64,000 nucleotides of DNA from Dehalococcoidia bacterium (GCA_963555985.3 OY820591.1:3081413-3145412); one strand, 5' to 3'. Numbered from the stretch's first letter, positions 51,832 through 63,109 are shown. Translations and numbers: made by a program. Notes: a model not told the origin generated them from the sequence alone.

Positions 51832-53526
51832 CTAGGGCGACGAGAACGTCCAGCCACCCTCGCCGATATTGCGCGTGGTCGAGGTGAAGGCGACCAGACC
51901 CAGTTCGGTATTGAACTCGGCTTGGACGATGCTTTGCTCGAAGCGGCCGTTCTCGCCGCTGAGGTCAAGGGTGATGCTGAAGCCGTAAATTTCGCCAATG
52001 CCGATGTCTTCGACCAGCAGCTCGGCTGCTTCTTTGCGCAGCAACTCGGCAACGACCGCGTGCAAAGCGTCCTCGGGCGCAATCCCGGCCCGCTCGAAGG
52101 TCAGCCGATAACTGATACCGCTCGCGTCCTCGCTGCGTTCGAGCCAGGCTCCGTCAAGCAGGGCGTGCAGCGGAGTGAGGTTGATTCGCCCCTCGTCTGC
52201 GAGAAATTCGTCCACCGTCCGATTGCGCGAGCCGATCAGAGCCAGATCGGTGGGTACCCATTGAGCAGCGCCCGTGTCCGGGTCGTCGGCCTCCGAGAGC
52301 CAGAGGCCGTCTCGTGTCCAGAGGAAGCGGAAGCTCACCCCTTCGTCCAGCACCGTCGCGGTCTCGAACTTGCCCTGCGAGAGCGAGCGCAAGATGAGCG
52401 TGTCGGCGCGGCGCGCTTCGCCCGCGATCATCGCCTCGATCGTGATCTCCAGAGCGAGCGCGTCGGCCTCGGCGAACCAGGCCTCGACGAGCGCCAGCTG
52501 AGCCTCGGGCGTGAATGCGTCCGCATCCGGCTGGGCCGCATCCTCGCCGTTGGTAACGGGGCCGCCCATCAACTCCAGCACCGAGGGATCAACCAGCGGT
52601 TCGGGTACGGGGAATTCCAAGGGCTGGTTCCACCGAAGCAAGCGCGTGCTGGAGCGGACCTGCGATTCAGCGCCGGATTCAGGGTCGGCGACGGTGAGAT
52701 CGGAGTCAATCAGCAGGGGGGCGCCGGAGTCGCGGTCGATCACCATGATCATGCGCAATGCAACAAATTCGACGCCGCTGTCCGGCAAGCCCAGAGTGCT
52801 ATTCGCGAGCTCGTCGGTGGCCGCCGTCATCGCTTCCGGGTCGATCTCGCAGTCGAGCATCCAGACGGGGCGGCCCTCGTAGGTGTCTTCGCGCACTTCG
52901 CCGTTCGCCGCGTCGAGACAATCGAACGAGGCCGCGAGTTGCTCCGGATCGGTGATCGAAGCCGGATCGAAGCCGGTCGTGCCGAGCAGGGCGGCGATGT
53001 CGAGACCCGCAACCGCGCCGAAGTCGACCCAGCCCTCGAACTGTTCCATCGAGAGATAGGCGCCGTCCTCAGAGAGCAGTAGCTGCATTTCGTCGTCGCC
53101 GAGCATGGCCGCCAACTCTTCGGGCAATTCGACCTGAACCCAGATCGTGAGCGGCTCAACTTGCAGCGCGACATTGGTCACAGTGTTGAAGTCGATGAAG
53201 TCGGATTCGAGCTCGACCTCGACGCTGAGTTCGACTGTGGAGAGCTCGGCCGTCCACGCCTCCAGAGCGGCGCGGGCGGCGGCGTTGGCGCTGTCGGGGG
53301 CTGGCTGGGCTTGCGCTTGCTCGGTCTGGTTCGCCTGTGCGTCCTGTTGAACCTGCGCCTGCTGTTGCGGTCGGGGCTGGGGCTGCGCTGCAGTTTGGGC
53401 TTGAGTTTGTTGTTGGACGGTTTCTGTGGATTGGGGTTGGACAGCCTCATTGTCGCCACTGCACGCGATCACGAGAGCCGCTGCGAGCAGGGCAAGCGGC
53501 CGGAGCAGTTTCGACAGGATGCGCAT
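51832..53526 (-). CDS. Lipoprotein with Q-rich linker and two LppX/LolA-like beta domains
   Basis: LVIAC lipobox; Q/P-rich linker; RWNQPLEFPVP domain end; fold call tentative. Confidence 0.7.
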   Translation of the reverse strand: MRILSKLLRPLALLAAALVIACSGDNEAVQPQSTETVQQQTQAQTAAQPQPRPQQQAQVQQDAQANQTEQAQAQPAPDSANAAARAALEAWTAELSTVELSVEVELESDFIDFNTVTNVALQVEPLTIWVQVELPEELAAMLGDDEMQLLLSEDGAYLSMEQFEGWVDFGAVAGLDIAALLGTTGFDPASITDPEQLAASFDCLDAANGEVREDTYEGRPVWMLDCEIDPEAMTAATDELANSTLGLPDSGVEFVALRMIMVIDRDSGAPLLIDSDLTVADPESGAESQVRSSTRLLRWNQPLEFPVPEPLVDPSVLELMGGPVTNGEDAAQPDADAFTPEAQLALVEAWFAEADALALEITIEAMIAGEARRADTLILRSLSQGKFETATVLDEGVSFRFLWTRDGLWLSEADDPDTGAAQWVPTDLALIGSRNRTVDEFLADEGRINLTPLHALLDGAWLERSEDASGISYRLTFERAGIAPEDALHAVVAELLRKEAAELLVEDIGIGEIYGFSITLDLSGENGRFEQSIVQAEFNTELGLVAFTSTTRNIGEGGWTFSSP

Positions 53527-53588
53527 GGGAACCTTCTCCGCTACCAGATATGTACTGAGCATAAGCGGAGAGAGCGATCCCCTCCTTC

Positions 53589-53778
53589 GGAGGCCTTTGC
53601 AAAATCTCCATGTCCGTCATTCCCGCGCAGCCTGCCCCTGGCCTGAACAGGGGGCGGGAATCACGAAGCAACCAAGTCCGAAGCCACCTCCACAGCTGGC
53701 CGTACCACCGACCTCGCATCGCGCGATCCGCTCCCCCAAGCTCCAACGCGCCCACAAGAGACTTTCGCAAACGCCTCC
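53589..53778. mobile_element. MITE-like element (190 bp) carrying a nested 23-bp module C
   Basis: ggaggcctttgcaaaa ... tttcgcaaacgcctcc; CTTC duplicated on both sides. Confidence 0.8.
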
Positions 53779-53844
53779 CTTCGCGGGGACAGGCTCCGCG
53801 GCGAGCGCGGGTATGGCGATGTTGGGAACGGGTGAGGGGCGCGC

Positions 53845-54219
53845 TCAGCCGTAACCCAACTCGCGCTGGACCCGTTTCGGCAAACCCTTCGCCACCAGGC
53901 GGTGGCTGTCTTCGATCAATTCTTCGATCTCGTCTTCGGGCATATCGCCGCCGAGATCTATTGAGATCCAGTGCTGCTTGCTCAGGTACGCCGGGCTGCT
54001 GACCGCTTCGTACTGTTGGTGGAGGACGGGCGTGAGTTCCGGCTCGACTTTGATGCTGATGGCGGCAGTCTCGCGATCGGTGGTGCCGCCTCCCAGGAAG
54101 CAGAAGATTTTGCCTTTGCCGCCTTCGCCGATCTTGTAGACCAGATCGTCTTCCCAAGGCGTGTCGGGCCAAGCGCCGGGCAGGTTGGCGCAAATAGCTG
54201 CTGCGTCGTCACGATGCAT
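53845..54219 (-). CDS. MmcQ/YjbR family DNA-binding protein
   Basis: VYKIG..GKIF, PAYLSKQHWISI, LIEDSHRLV. Confidence 0.9.
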   Translation of the reverse strand: MHRDDAAAICANLPGAWPDTPWEDDLVYKIGEGGKGKIFCFLGGGTTDRETAAISIKVEPELTPVLHQQYEAVSSPAYLSKQHWISIDLGGDMPEDEIEELIEDSHRLVAKGLPKRVQRELGYG

Positions 54220-54222
54220 GGA

Positions 54223-55158
54223 CTAGCTCGATTCTGCGCTGAGGAAGCGGCGGGGAACGTCTCGCATCATCAGGTCGATGGTCTCTTGCGCTACGCCGTC
54301 GGCGATGAGCGCGGGGATGGCGGTGGTGGTCAGAAAGAGGTAACGAGTCGGATGGTCGCGCGGGATTTCCGGGCGCGCCGCGTAGTCGTGACCGAGCATC
54401 AGCTTGTCCGCCCAGCCGCGCTTGATCAGCTCTTTGACGGTCGCGTTGCGGGCCACCCAGTTGGGGCGCTCGACGCCGGTTTCGGGGCCGGGATAGCGAT
54501 CCATCGAGATGTAGACGCCGGTATTGAGCAAGTCTTCGATGTAGTCGGCGTTGACGGTATCGGCGGTGTGACCGATGCAGATCCGATCCATCGGCGCGTC
54601 TTCCTCCTGGAAGATCTCGGCCTGCCGCCGCCCGACCTCGAGCGGTGCCCAGTGGTGGGTAGAGATCGGCGTGCCGGTCCGCTTCACCGTCCGCGCGGCG
54701 GCGCGCAGGATCAACTCGCCCTGGGAGGTGACGCCTTCGGCGTCGTTGGCGACCTTGATCACGCCCGCCTTGATGCCGGTGTCGGCGATGCCGACTTCGA
54801 TTTCGCGCTGGAAGATGTCGGCGATCTCGTCCGGATCCTTGTCCCACATCCAGCGCGGCACATCGCGCCAGATCCCCGTCGCGCAGACCACGTTCACCCC
54901 GGATGCCGTCGACGCGGCCGCCATCATCGTCACATCGCGGTTGAGGTCGGGAGTAGAGAGTTCGATCAGCGAGTCGACGCCGCCCTGTTTGGCTTCGGTC
55001 AGTTCTTCAGTCGCGCGCTGGAGGATGGCCTCCTTGTCGATCAGCCACGGGTAGTGATGCGTGATCACGCTCGGAGTCATGGCCACATGCTCATGCGAAA
55101 GCGTGAAGCCAAGCTCACTCGAGTCAATCGGTCCGAGGACAGTTTCAATCTCACTCAT
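54223..55158 (-). CDS. Phosphotriesterase-family protein
   Basis: GFTLSHEH, GIKAGVIKVA, PISTH, IGH, LMLGHD. Confidence 0.92.
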   Translation of the reverse strand: MSEIETVLGPIDSSELGFTLSHEHVAMTPSVITHHYPWLIDKEAILQRATEELTEAKQGGVDSLIELSTPDLNRDVTMMAAASTASGVNVVCATGIWRDVPRWMWDKDPDEIADIFQREIEVGIADTGIKAGVIKVANDAEGVTSQGELILRAAARTVKRTGTPISTHHWAPLEVGRRQAEIFQEEDAPMDRICIGHTADTVNADYIEDLLNTGVYISMDRYPGPETGVERPNWVARNATVKELIKRGWADKLMLGHDYAARPEIPRDHPTRYLFLTTTAIPALIADGVAQETIDLMMRDVPRRFLSAESS

Positions 55159-55331
55159 GGCACGACTCCCGCCTGCTGACCAGATACGACAGTCATACTC
55201 TAAGGCTTGCCTACATCGTCCTGATCGGAGCTGGCGGAGAGCGTCGCCGCAACATCAAGCTCCGTCATTGCCGCGCTCCGTCGCGGAGCCTGTCCCCGCG
55301 CAGGGAGGCCTTTGCAAAATCCCCATTTCCG

Positions 55332-56348
55332 TCATTCCCGCGAAAGCGGGAAGGTGGGTTCACATTGCAACTGCAACAACTGCCGACCGAAGACTTCGGC
55401 CGGGGAGAGGTAGTCGAGGCACTGGCGGGGGGTGTTGTTGTACAACTGCAGCACTTCGATCAAACGCGCGAGGCTGAGTTGGGCGAGGTCGAGCCGGCGC
55501 GGCAGGACCCGGCGCAGGCGTCCGATCGCATTCTCGATCCCGCCCTTCTGCCAGGGCGCGTAGGGGTCGCAGAAGAAGGTCTCCACGCCCAGCCGGTGCA
55601 GTTCGTAGTGGCGGGCGAACTCGGTCCCGTTGTCGAACGCGACCGTGCGCCGCAGGGCGGGCGGCCAGGCGCGGAGCAGGCTGAGCAGCAGGCGCGCGAC
55701 CGGAGCGGCCGCCTTGCCCGCCACGGGCAAGCCCACGAGCAGCCGCGAGGAGCGCTCGTGCAGCATCAGCAGGAGCGGACCGCCGCGCCCGAAGAGCATC
55801 AGGTCGGCCTCCCAGTGACCGGCTTCGAGCCGCCCGGCGGCCGCCGCCGGGCGCTCGCTCAGGGGCCGCCGCAGTTGGATGCGCTCGACCGAACTGCCGC
55901 CTTTGCGCCCGCGCCAACCGCGTTTCGCCTTGCGCCGCGGCAGATACTGGCGCCAACCGCCGCCGCGGCCGGGCTTGGCCCGCGAGGCTTGGGCGTAGAT
56001 GAAGCGATAGATGCTCTCGTGCGAGATCACCGGCGCGCCCGCCTCGCGCGCCAGCCGGCCTGCGACCTGTTGCGGCGAGAGCCCGCGGGCCAACTCGCGC
56101 AGCACCCGCGCGCGCAGCTGATCGTCGCGTTCCAGCCGCGAACCGCGCCAGCGCCGCGCCTGGGCCTGTTGCTGGGCGTAGTCGGGACGGTAGCCGTCGC
56201 GCGCCGTGTTGCGTTTCAGCTCTCGAGCAATCGTCGATGGCGAGCGATCCAGAGCTGCAGCGATCTGCCGGATCGAGCGCCCCTCGGCCTGTAAGCGGGC
56301 AACCGCGCATCGCTCCGCCAGGTCCAACTGCGTGTACTGCGCGCCCAT
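55332..56348 (-). CDS. IS30-family DDE transposase
   Basis: Identical to copy 1 except FPLSRE vs FPPSRE tail. Confidence 0.96.
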   Translation of the reverse strand: MGAQYTQLDLAERCAVARLQAEGRSIRQIAAALDRSPSTIARELKRNTARDGYRPDYAQQQAQARRWRGSRLERDDQLRARVLRELARGLSPQQVAGRLAREAGAPVISHESIYRFIYAQASRAKPGRGGGWRQYLPRRKAKRGWRGRKGGSSVERIQLRRPLSERPAAAAGRLEAGHWEADLMLFGRGGPLLLMLHERSSRLLVGLPVAGKAAAPVARLLLSLLRAWPPALRRTVAFDNGTEFARHYELHRLGVETFFCDPYAPWQKGGIENAIGRLRRVLPRRLDLAQLSLARLIEVLQLYNNTPRQCLDYLSPAEVFGRQLLQLQCEPTFPLSRE

Positions 56349-56392
56349 GGGCTCACCTCAATCATCTGTCGCACTTCGTCTGTGAGACTAGG
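55353..56392 (-). mobile_element. IS30-family insertion sequence, copy 2 (1040 bp)
   Basis: Same ends and length as copy 1; GAA duplication at 55350-52 and 56393-95. Confidence 0.92.
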
Positions 56393-56489
56393 GAATCCAT
56401 GCGGCGTACCGAGTGAGACGTGGATTGCCGCGGCAAGCGCGGCAATGACGGAATTGGGTTGGCAAGGAACACCGCGTTGCGGAAGCCGC

Positions 56490-57767
56490 CTACGCCTCCG
56501 CCGCAGCCAGGTTCTCCAGAAACTCCGAGTTCGACTTCGTGCGGCTGAGCCGATCGAGCAGACGCTCGGTCGGCTCGGTCGCGTTCCCGCCCGAGCCGGC
56601 CAACACCGACATCATCCGCCGCAGCAGCCAGACTCGCTGCAACTCTTCGCCGCTCAGCAGCAATTCTTCGCGCCGTGTACTGGAGCCGGCGATGTCGATC
56701 GAGGGATAGATCCGCCGCTCGGCGAGCTTGCGGTCGAGCCGGACTTCCCAGTTGCCGGTGCCCTTGAACTCTTCGAAGACGACATCATCGAGCCGCGAAC
56801 CGGTGTCGACCAGACAGGTGGCGATGATCGTGAGCGAGCCGCCCTCTTCGGCCTTGCGGGCGGAGCCGAAGAAGCGCTTGGGCGGGTAGAGCGCGACCGG
56901 ATCAATACCGCCGGAGAGCGTGCGTCCGGTCGAGGGCATCTCGAGGTTGTAGGCGCGGGTGAGGCGAGTGATCGAGTCGAGCAGGATCACCACGTCGCGG
57001 CCCATTTCCATCAACCGCTTGGCGCGTTCGAGTCCCAGCTCGGCGACGCGGGTGTGTTCTTCGACCGGCTCATCGAAGGTGGAAGCGATCACTTCCCCGC
57101 GCACCGAGCGCTTCATCTCCGTGACCTCTTCGGGGCGTTCGCCAATCAGTACGACCATGAGATGCACTTCGGGATGATTGGTGGTGATGCCGTTGGCGAT
57201 TGATTGCAGCAACATCGTCTTGCCCGCTTTGGGCGGGGAGACGATCAGGCCGCGCTGTCCGCGGCCCATCGGCGCGACCAGATCGATCACGCGGCCGGAG
57301 AGTTCGGCCGGGTCCTCGGTTTCCAGCTCGAAGCGCTCGTGCGGGAAGACGGCGGTGAGATTCTCGAAGTGGGGGCGGCGGACGGCTTCGCTTCCGTCGG
57401 CGCCGTTGACGAGGATGACCCGCTCCATCACGTGATATTTCTCGCCGCTCTTGGGCCGCCGAACCGCCCCGATCACGTAGTCGCCGGTGCGCAGACCGCT
57501 GCGGCGCACGAGGTTGCGGGAGACGTAGACATCGTTCGGGGCGGGCAGCAGCGACTCGCTGCGGAGGAAGCCGTAAGAGTCGTCGACCACCTCGAGCACG
57601 CCGCCGGAGAGGAAATGGCCGTCCGCTTCGCTCTGGGCCTGGAGAATCTTGAGCACGATGTCGGATTTCTTGAGTCCGTTGAGACTGTTGACTCCGAGTT
57701 CGCGCGCTTTATCGAGCAGTTCGGTGCGGGTGTATCCCTCAAGCTCGTTGATGGTCAGGTTGGTCAC
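56490..57767 (-). CDS. rho: Transcription termination factor Rho
   Basis: [38 protein letters not shown]. Confidence 0.98.
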   Translation of the reverse strand: MTNLTINELEGYTRTELLDKARELGVNSLNGLKKSDIVLKILQAQSEADGHFLSGGVLEVVDDSYGFLRSESLLPAPNDVYVSRNLVRRSGLRTGDYVIGAVRRPKSGEKYHVMERVILVNGADGSEAVRRPHFENLTAVFPHERFELETEDPAELSGRVIDLVAPMGRGQRGLIVSPPKAGKTMLLQSIANGITTNHPEVHLMVVLIGERPEEVTEMKRSVRGEVIASTFDEPVEEHTRVAELGLERAKRLMEMGRDVVILLDSITRLTRAYNLEMPSTGRTLSGGIDPVALYPPKRFFGSARKAEEGGSLTIIATCLVDTGSRLDDVVFEEFKGTGNWEVRLDRKLAERRIYPSIDIAGSSTRREELLLSGEELQRVWLLRRMMSVLAGSGGNATEPTERLLDRLSRTKSNSEFLENLAAAEA

Positions 57768-58022
57768 GGATCACCTCAACTGGGTCTGGGGCTGTCGGCG
57801 AAGGGGTTGGGTCGCATCGGGGCCGGAAGCTGCTGCTTGGAGCGTTCGCGTCTGTCTGCGGACATACGGGCGTCCGCGCAGGTCTGTACAGGAAGAGAGA
57901 GGACAGGCGTCGGCGCGGCGGGCGTTGCAGAGCAGATGGGCGTTGGCTGGCCGAGGTCGTGCGGAAGTCAGTTCGGAGCGCAAACAGCGCGGCAGGCCCA
58001 ACCCGCATGGCGAACGTTGATC

Positions 58023-58051
58023 ATGTTAAACACGAACTCGAACGCTGGCAA
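58023..58051 (-). promoter_or_regulatory. Sigma70-type promoter for rho, implying a ~250-nt C-rich leader
   Basis: Minus strand TTGCCA-N17-TAACAT. Confidence 0.6.
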
Positions 58052-58294
58052 GCGTTGCCGGAGAGATTGACAGCCGCTTTACGGGCGAGCGAGGGCGGCG
58101 CAGGCCGTTCTCGCTGCCCTCTCCGCATCGTCATCACTCCGTGCGGAAACCGTGGCAACAGTCCCGATCCTCTCCCGCCATCCCCGCGCCCACAGCACCG
58201 TCATACCCGCGCTCCGCCGCGGGTATCTCGCCGCGTCCTGCACCAACGCCCCAACCCACCCCAAACTCACTGTCACCCCCGCAACACCACGCCA

Positions 58295-58560
58295 AACCCG
58301 AATCAGCCACAGAACGCCCGTCCATATACGATCAACCGCACTCACTCCCATACCCACCGCCAACGGAACCCGCCATGACCGCCAGCACCGAATCTGGACA
58401 GACCTGGACAAACCCGGAATCGCACCCACAATTTCTGCTCCAGGTATCCCAAAATCCAGACAGATCTGGCCAAATCTGGACTTTTCCGGACTACCCAGGG
58501 ACAAATTCCTCGCCCACATCGGCAAATTCGCTCCGCCCGCCCAGAAATTCCCCCGCAGTG
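58295..58560 (+). repeat. Dispersed element with 10-bp phased motifs, copy 3
   Basis: aatctggaca-gacctggaca-aacccggaat and aaaatccaga-cagatctggc-caaatctgga-cttttccgga; homologous to 3935-4215. Confidence 0.8.
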
Positions 58561-58615
58561 CGGAAGTGACGGTGGAGTGCGGAGTAATGGAAGGGGGTGG
58601 ACTGCTGTAGGGGGG

Positions 58616-58921
58616 CTAATCCCGGTCGAGATTGCGGGTGCCTGCGATTCGTCTTGGCGGCTGGAGGACGGAGGACTTGTACCACCAGCCGTCTACTGCG
58701 TCGCGGCGGAACTCGGCGATCAGACGGTGTTCGTGGCGCACCTTCAGATCGGTGCCCAGATCGACGTCGTCGCCTTCAAGTTCGAGGATGAGGCCGTCGT
58801 TGGAGAATTTGATGACGACGCTGTCCGACTGAGACGGGACCTGGCGTTGGGGGAGACGGTGATCGGATGGCCTCTCGTCCGTGGGGTCATCCGGGCTGTC
58901 GGACGCTCTGCGTGTGGTCAT
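58616..58921 (-). CDS. Hypothetical protein
   Basis: AGGAG RBS directly after the permease stop; globular-looking core. Confidence 0.65.
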   Translation of the reverse strand: MTTRRASDSPDDPTDERPSDHRLPQRQVPSQSDSVVIKFSNDGLILELEGDDVDLGTDLKVRHEHRLIAEFRRDAVDGWWYKSSVLQPPRRIAGTRNLDRD

Positions 58922-58942
58922 GGGCGCTCCTCTAGGTGGAGG

Positions 58943-59779
58943 TTAGGAGGCGGTGGCGGGTGCGTCGAGACGCCACGAGATCAGGCGCTCCAGCACCACC
59001 ACGGCGGTGGAGAGAGTGACGCCGAGCACGGTCAGCATCAGCACCGCGGCGAAGACTTTGTGCAGGCGAAGCTCGGTCTGCTCGAAGAAGATCACCGATC
59101 CCAGTCCGCCCTGTCCGGCGGCGAAGAACTCGGCGACTACGGCCCCGATCAAGGAGAGCGTGACGGAGATCTTGAGCGCCGCGAAGAGGAAGGGAATCGC
59201 GGCGGGAAAGCGGAGATGCACAAAGACCTCCCAGCGCGAAGCCTGCACCGAGCGGAAGAAGTCGTGAATGCGCGGATCGATATCGCGGAAGCCGGCGATC
59301 GCGTTGATCAGCACGGGGAAGTAGGTGATCAGCGCAGCGATCGCGATCTTCGGCTCCCAGCCGTAGCCGAGCCAGACGATCAGCAGAGGAATGAAGGCGA
59401 CGACCGGGGTGACCTTGACCATGATCGCGATCGGGAGCACGGCGCGCTCCAGAATCTGGGAGTGAGCGACGCCGGCGGCGAGCAGCACAGCGGCGGCGGT
59501 ACCGAGTGCGAGTCCGCCCAAGGACACGCCCAGCGTGCGCATTCCCTCGCCGAAGTAGCGCGGGAACTCGGCGAAGAAGTTCTCGATCACGGTGCTAGGG
59601 CGGGGCATCAGCCAGATCGAGACATCGTCGACGCGAACCCAGATTTCGACCGCGATCGCGGCCAGAACCAAGGCAGTGAGCGGGGGAATGATCCAGGCGA
59701 GCGCCGGACCCAGGCTCGGCAATTCGAGCGGAATGCGGCGCTCCGCGAGCGGGAGAGATCGAATCGGTTCGGCGCTCAT
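58943..59779 (-). CDS. ABC transporter permease (NitT/TauT/SsuC type)
   Basis: [39 protein letters not shown]. Confidence 0.92.
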   Translation of the reverse strand: MSAEPIRSLPLAERRIPLELPSLGPALAWIIPPLTALVLAAIAVEIWVRVDDVSIWLMPRPSTVIENFFAEFPRYFGEGMRTLGVSLGGLALGTAAAVLLAAGVAHSQILERAVLPIAIMVKVTPVVAFIPLLIVWLGYGWEPKIAIAALITYFPVLINAIAGFRDIDPRIHDFFRSVQASRWEVFVHLRFPAAIPFLFAALKISVTLSLIGAVVAEFFAAGQGGLGSVIFFEQTELRLHKVFAAVLMLTVLGVTLSTAVVVLERLISWRLDAPATAS

Positions 59780-60645
59780 GCGGCATCAACCGGTTCCAGC
59801 GGGACCGCGTTCGCGCCCGGTGTGCGCAGCGCCGCGCGGACGATCGCGGTCTGATTGATGAAACGATCGGACTGCTCGTACTCGAGGCGGCGCGGTCGCG
59901 GCAGATCGATCGGAATGTCGGCGATGATCTGTCCAGGCCGCGCAGACATGACCAGCACGCGATCGGCGATGGCGACGGCTTCGGTGACCGAGTGGGTGAC
60001 GAAGACCGCCGAGCGGGGTGGATCGGCGATGTTGTGCGAGACGCCCCAGAGCCGCAGCAGTTCGTAGCGCATCTGCTCGCGCGTGATCTCATCCAAGGCG
60101 GCGAACGGTTCGTCCAGCAGGAGCAGCGGCGGATCAATCGCCAGCGCCCGCGCCAGCGCGACTCGCTGCTGCATCCCGCCGGAGAGCTCGGCCGGGCGGT
60201 AGCGGCGGAAATCGGACAAGCCGACGATCTCGATCAGGGTTTCAACGTCGTTGGAGGAGTGCGTCTGACGCGGATTGAGTTGCAACCCCAGGCGCACATT
60301 GGCTTCGACCGAGCGCCAGGGCAGCAGCGCCGGCTCCTGGAAGACGAGCCCAAGCCGCTTGCCCTGCTGCGCCGCCGTCGCCGACTCGCCGAAGATGCTG
60401 ACCTCGCCTACGGTCGGCACAACCAGCCCGGCGATGATCCGCAGCAGCGAGGTCTTGCCGCAGCCCGACGGTCCCACCAGCGCAGTGAATTCGCCCGCCC
60501 GAATGGTCAGATCGGTCTGCTCCACCGCGGTCAGCGTCCCGCCCTGCGGAGTCTCGTAGACCAGGCGCACGCCCTCGAGCCGCACCGCCGGCTCGGCGTC
60601 GGGTTCGATCGGATGCTTGATGATCGGCGGCGGCGTGTGAGGCAT
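59776..60645 (-). CDS. ABC transporter ATP-binding protein (NitT/TauT type)
   Basis: [35 protein letters not shown]. Confidence 0.95.
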   Translation of the reverse strand: MPHTPPPIIKHPIEPDAEPAVRLEGVRLVYETPQGGTLTAVEQTDLTIRAGEFTALVGPSGCGKTSLLRIIAGLVVPTVGEVSIFGESATAAQQGKRLGLVFQEPALLPWRSVEANVRLGLQLNPRQTHSSNDVETLIEIVGLSDFRRYRPAELSGGMQQRVALARALAIDPPLLLLDEPFAALDEITREQMRYELLRLWGVSHNIADPPRSAVFVTHSVTEAVAIADRVLVMSARPGQIIADIPIDLPRPRRLEYEQSDRFINQTAIVRAALRTPGANAVPLEPVDAA

Positions 60646-60748
60646 GGCGTCGGGACGCGAGCGGGAGTCGGTAAGGCCTTTGATATCGTGCGTGGGGCGC
60701 GGCAGCCCTCAGTGTAATCCTCAGTCTAGGTAGAGCTCTGGAGTATGT

Positions 60749-61414
60749 ATGGCGACGATCGGCTTCATCGGCGGAACCGGACCGGAAGGACTGGGACTGG
60801 CGATGCGTCTGGCGATGGCGGGTGAGCGTGTGCTGATCGGCTCGCGCCGAATCGAACGCGCGGAAGCGGCCGCCGAGACCGTGCGCGACGCTGTCGCGGC
60901 GGCCGGTGCTACGCCGGACACGGGCGGCGATGTCAATCGTTCTGTGGTCGAACAATCCGATGTCGTGATCATCGTCGTTCCCTTCGACGGACACGAAGCG
61001 ACGCTGAACGATCTGCGCGATGCGATTGGGAGCAAGCTGGTGATCGACGCGGCGGTGCCGCTGACGATGGAGAACCGCGTGCCGGGCATCGCCGATGTCG
61101 CCGAAGGCTCGGCGACCGAACAGGCGCAGGCGCTGCTGCCCGACGCGCGCGTGGTCGGCGCGTTCCATAATCTGAGCGCGCGCAAGCTGCAAAAACTGAG
61201 CGATCCGATGGAGGGCGACGTCCTGATCACCGGCGACGACGCGGAAGCCAAGGCTGAAGTGATCGCGTTGGTCGAGCAGATGCCCGATCTGCGTCCGGTC
61301 GACGCGGGGCCGCTGGCGATGTCGAAGTTCGTCGAAGACCTGACCGCGCTGATCATCGGGATCAACATGCGCTACAAGACGCAGGCGGCGGTGCGAATGG
61401 TGGGGGTGGACTGA
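60749..61414 (+). CDS. npdG: NADPH-dependent F420 reductase
   Basis: IGFIGGTGPEGLGLA, IGSR, VVGAFHNLSA, LIIGINMRYK; coupled to cofE. Confidence 0.9.
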   Translation: MATIGFIGGTGPEGLGLAMRLAMAGERVLIGSRRIERAEAAAETVRDAVAAAGATPDTGGDVNRSVVEQSDVVIIVVPFDGHEATLNDLRDAIGSKLVIDAAVPLTMENRVPGIADVAEGSATEQAQALLPDARVVGAFHNLSARKLQKLSDPMEGDVLITGDDAEAKAEVIALVEQMPDLRPVDAGPLAMSKFVEDLTALIIGINMRYKTQAAVRMVGVD

Positions 61415-62175
61415 TGGCTCCTCCCTCGGAGTACCGCGTCTTCGCCGTCGGCAGCATCCCCGAAGTCGTGGCCGGGGACGATTTGGCGGAACTGATCGAC
61501 ACCGCGCTGCGGGCGCAGGAGACGCCGCTCGAAGCGGGTGACGTACTGGTAGTGACGCAAAAGATCGTCTCCAAGGCGGAGGGACGGGTTGTTGCCTTGG
61601 ACAAGGTGGAGGCGGGTCAGTTCGCCGAAGAGTGGGCAGAGGACTGGGAGAAGGATGCCCGCGCGGTTGAGCTGGTGCTGCGTGAGTCGAAACGGATCGT
61701 GCGCATGACACGGGGGCTCATCGTCTCCGAGACGCGCCACGGCTGGGTTTGCGCGAACGCGGGCGTCGACCAGTCCAACGTAGGCGGCGGCGCAGCGGTC
61801 GCGCTCTTGCCGCTGGATTCCTCCGCCTCCGCCGCTCAGATTCGCAAAGGGCTCGTCGAACGCGGACAGGTTGACGTGCCCGTGATCGTCACCGACACCT
61901 TTGGCCGCCCCTGGCGCAACGGACTCACCAACGTCGCGATCGGGGTGAGCGGGATGAACCCGATTCGCTCCTACGTCGGCGAAGTCGACGCTGAAGGCTA
62001 CGACCTGCGCGTGACTGAAATGGCGATCGTGGATGAGCTAGCGTCCGCCGCAGAGCCGGTGATGAACAAGCTGGACGCCGTACCAGTCGCGGTCGTGCGC
62101 GGGCTGAATATCCCCGTTGAGGAATACGATCACACGCCGCTGGTGCGCCCGGCTGAGATGGACCTGTTCCGCTAA
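61414..62175 (+). CDS. cofE: Coenzyme F420-0:L-glutamate ligase
   Basis: VTQKIVSKAEG, CANAGVDQSN, TDTFGRPWRNG, DELASAA, DLFR. Confidence 0.95.
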   Translation: MAPPSEYRVFAVGSIPEVVAGDDLAELIDTALRAQETPLEAGDVLVVTQKIVSKAEGRVVALDKVEAGQFAEEWAEDWEKDARAVELVLRESKRIVRMTRGLIVSETRHGWVCANAGVDQSNVGGGAAVALLPLDSSASAAQIRKGLVERGQVDVPVIVTDTFGRPWRNGLTNVAIGVSGMNPIRSYVGEVDAEGYDLRVTEMAIVDELASAAEPVMNKLDAVPVAVVRGLNIPVEEYDHTPLVRPAEMDLFR

Positions 62176-62192
62176 AACGAAATGGAAGACCG

Positions 62193-62651
62193 ATGGTCAC
62201 GGCTAAGTTCGGCATTGACGCCGAGTTCGAGCACTCCCTCGAACACCTTTGGAACTTCGTCTCCTACGTGCCCAATCAGGATCAGTGGGTCTTTGGGATG
62301 TCCGATTCGGAAGTCGTGGACGGGATGGAGATCGGGGTCGGATCGGAGATCATGGGCACCTCCAGCGAAGGCCGCCAGTCGCGGCGAATCACGGTGGCGG
62401 TCAAGACGTTCGAGCCGCAGCGGCGGATCGCGTGGGAGAACACGGACGGTCCGATTCCGTTCCTGACCGAGATCATGGTGCGCGGCGACGATCATTCGTC
62501 GCGGATGCGGTATGAGGTGACGCTGTACACGAAGGGACTGCTCTGGGGCCTGATGATGGGGCCGTTGCGTCCGCTCGGGAACCTGATCGCGAACAAGCGC
62601 CTGCGTGACGAAATCAAACATCTGCGCGCGGCGCTGGATCGAGCAGCCTGA
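62193..62651 (+). CDS. SRPBCC family protein, paralog 1
   Basis: LWNFVSYVPNQDQW..FEPQRRIAW..LRAAL. Confidence 0.8.
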   Translation: MVTAKFGIDAEFEHSLEHLWNFVSYVPNQDQWVFGMSDSEVVDGMEIGVGSEIMGTSSEGRQSRRITVAVKTFEPQRRIAWENTDGPIPFLTEIMVRGDDHSSRMRYEVTLYTKGLLWGLMMGPLRPLGNLIANKRLRDEIKHLRAALDRAA

Positions 62652-63109
62652 TGGTCAGCTTGTCGACCAGGGCGACCATCACGATCGAGCGGGAACCCGC
62701 CGAGGTCTGGGCCTACGTCTCCGATCCCACGAATCAGGATCACTGGGTTGACGGGATGTCCGAGTCGGAGGTCGTCGGCGACGAACCAATCGGTCGCGGG
62801 ACGCAGCTTCGCGGGATGTATACCTATGGCTCCCAATCGGCGCCGGTCGTGATGACGATCACGGAGTTTCGAGAGGGTCGCCAGTTGGCCATTGAGGCGT
62901 CGGAAGGTCCGTTTCCGTTCAGCGGTCAGCTCTCGCTGGAGCGCGCCGGCGGGGATACGAACGTCACGAACGCCATGACCGCCGGCAGCGATCACATCGT
63001 CACGTCGATCATGTTTACGGTGTTTCGTCCACTGACGAAGTGGATGATGGGTCGGCAGTTGCGGAAAGAGTTGGGGCAGCTCAAGGCGATCCTGGAGGGC
63101 GATGCGTAA
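62651..63109 (+). CDS. SRPBCC family protein, paralog 2
   Basis: ITIEREPAEVWAYVSDPTNQDHW..LKAILE. Confidence 0.85.
   Translation: MVSLSTRATITIEREPAEVWAYVSDPTNQDHWVDGMSESEVVGDEPIGRGTQLRGMYTYGSQSAPVVMTITEFREGRQLAIEASEGPFPFSGQLSLERAGGDTNVTNAMTAGSDHIVTSIMFTVFRPLTKWMMGRQLRKELGQLKAILEGDA

Noticed and set aside
53545-53565. TATGCTCAGTACATAT (minus strand) resembling TATGCTCAGAACATAT near 24886 as a shared operator
   Set aside because: Only two instances and no second half-site; may be just a -10 element
60646-60748. TPP riboswitch upstream of the NitT/TauT-type ABC genes
   Set aside because: CTGAG occurs on the minus strand but the remaining TPP core is not recognisable
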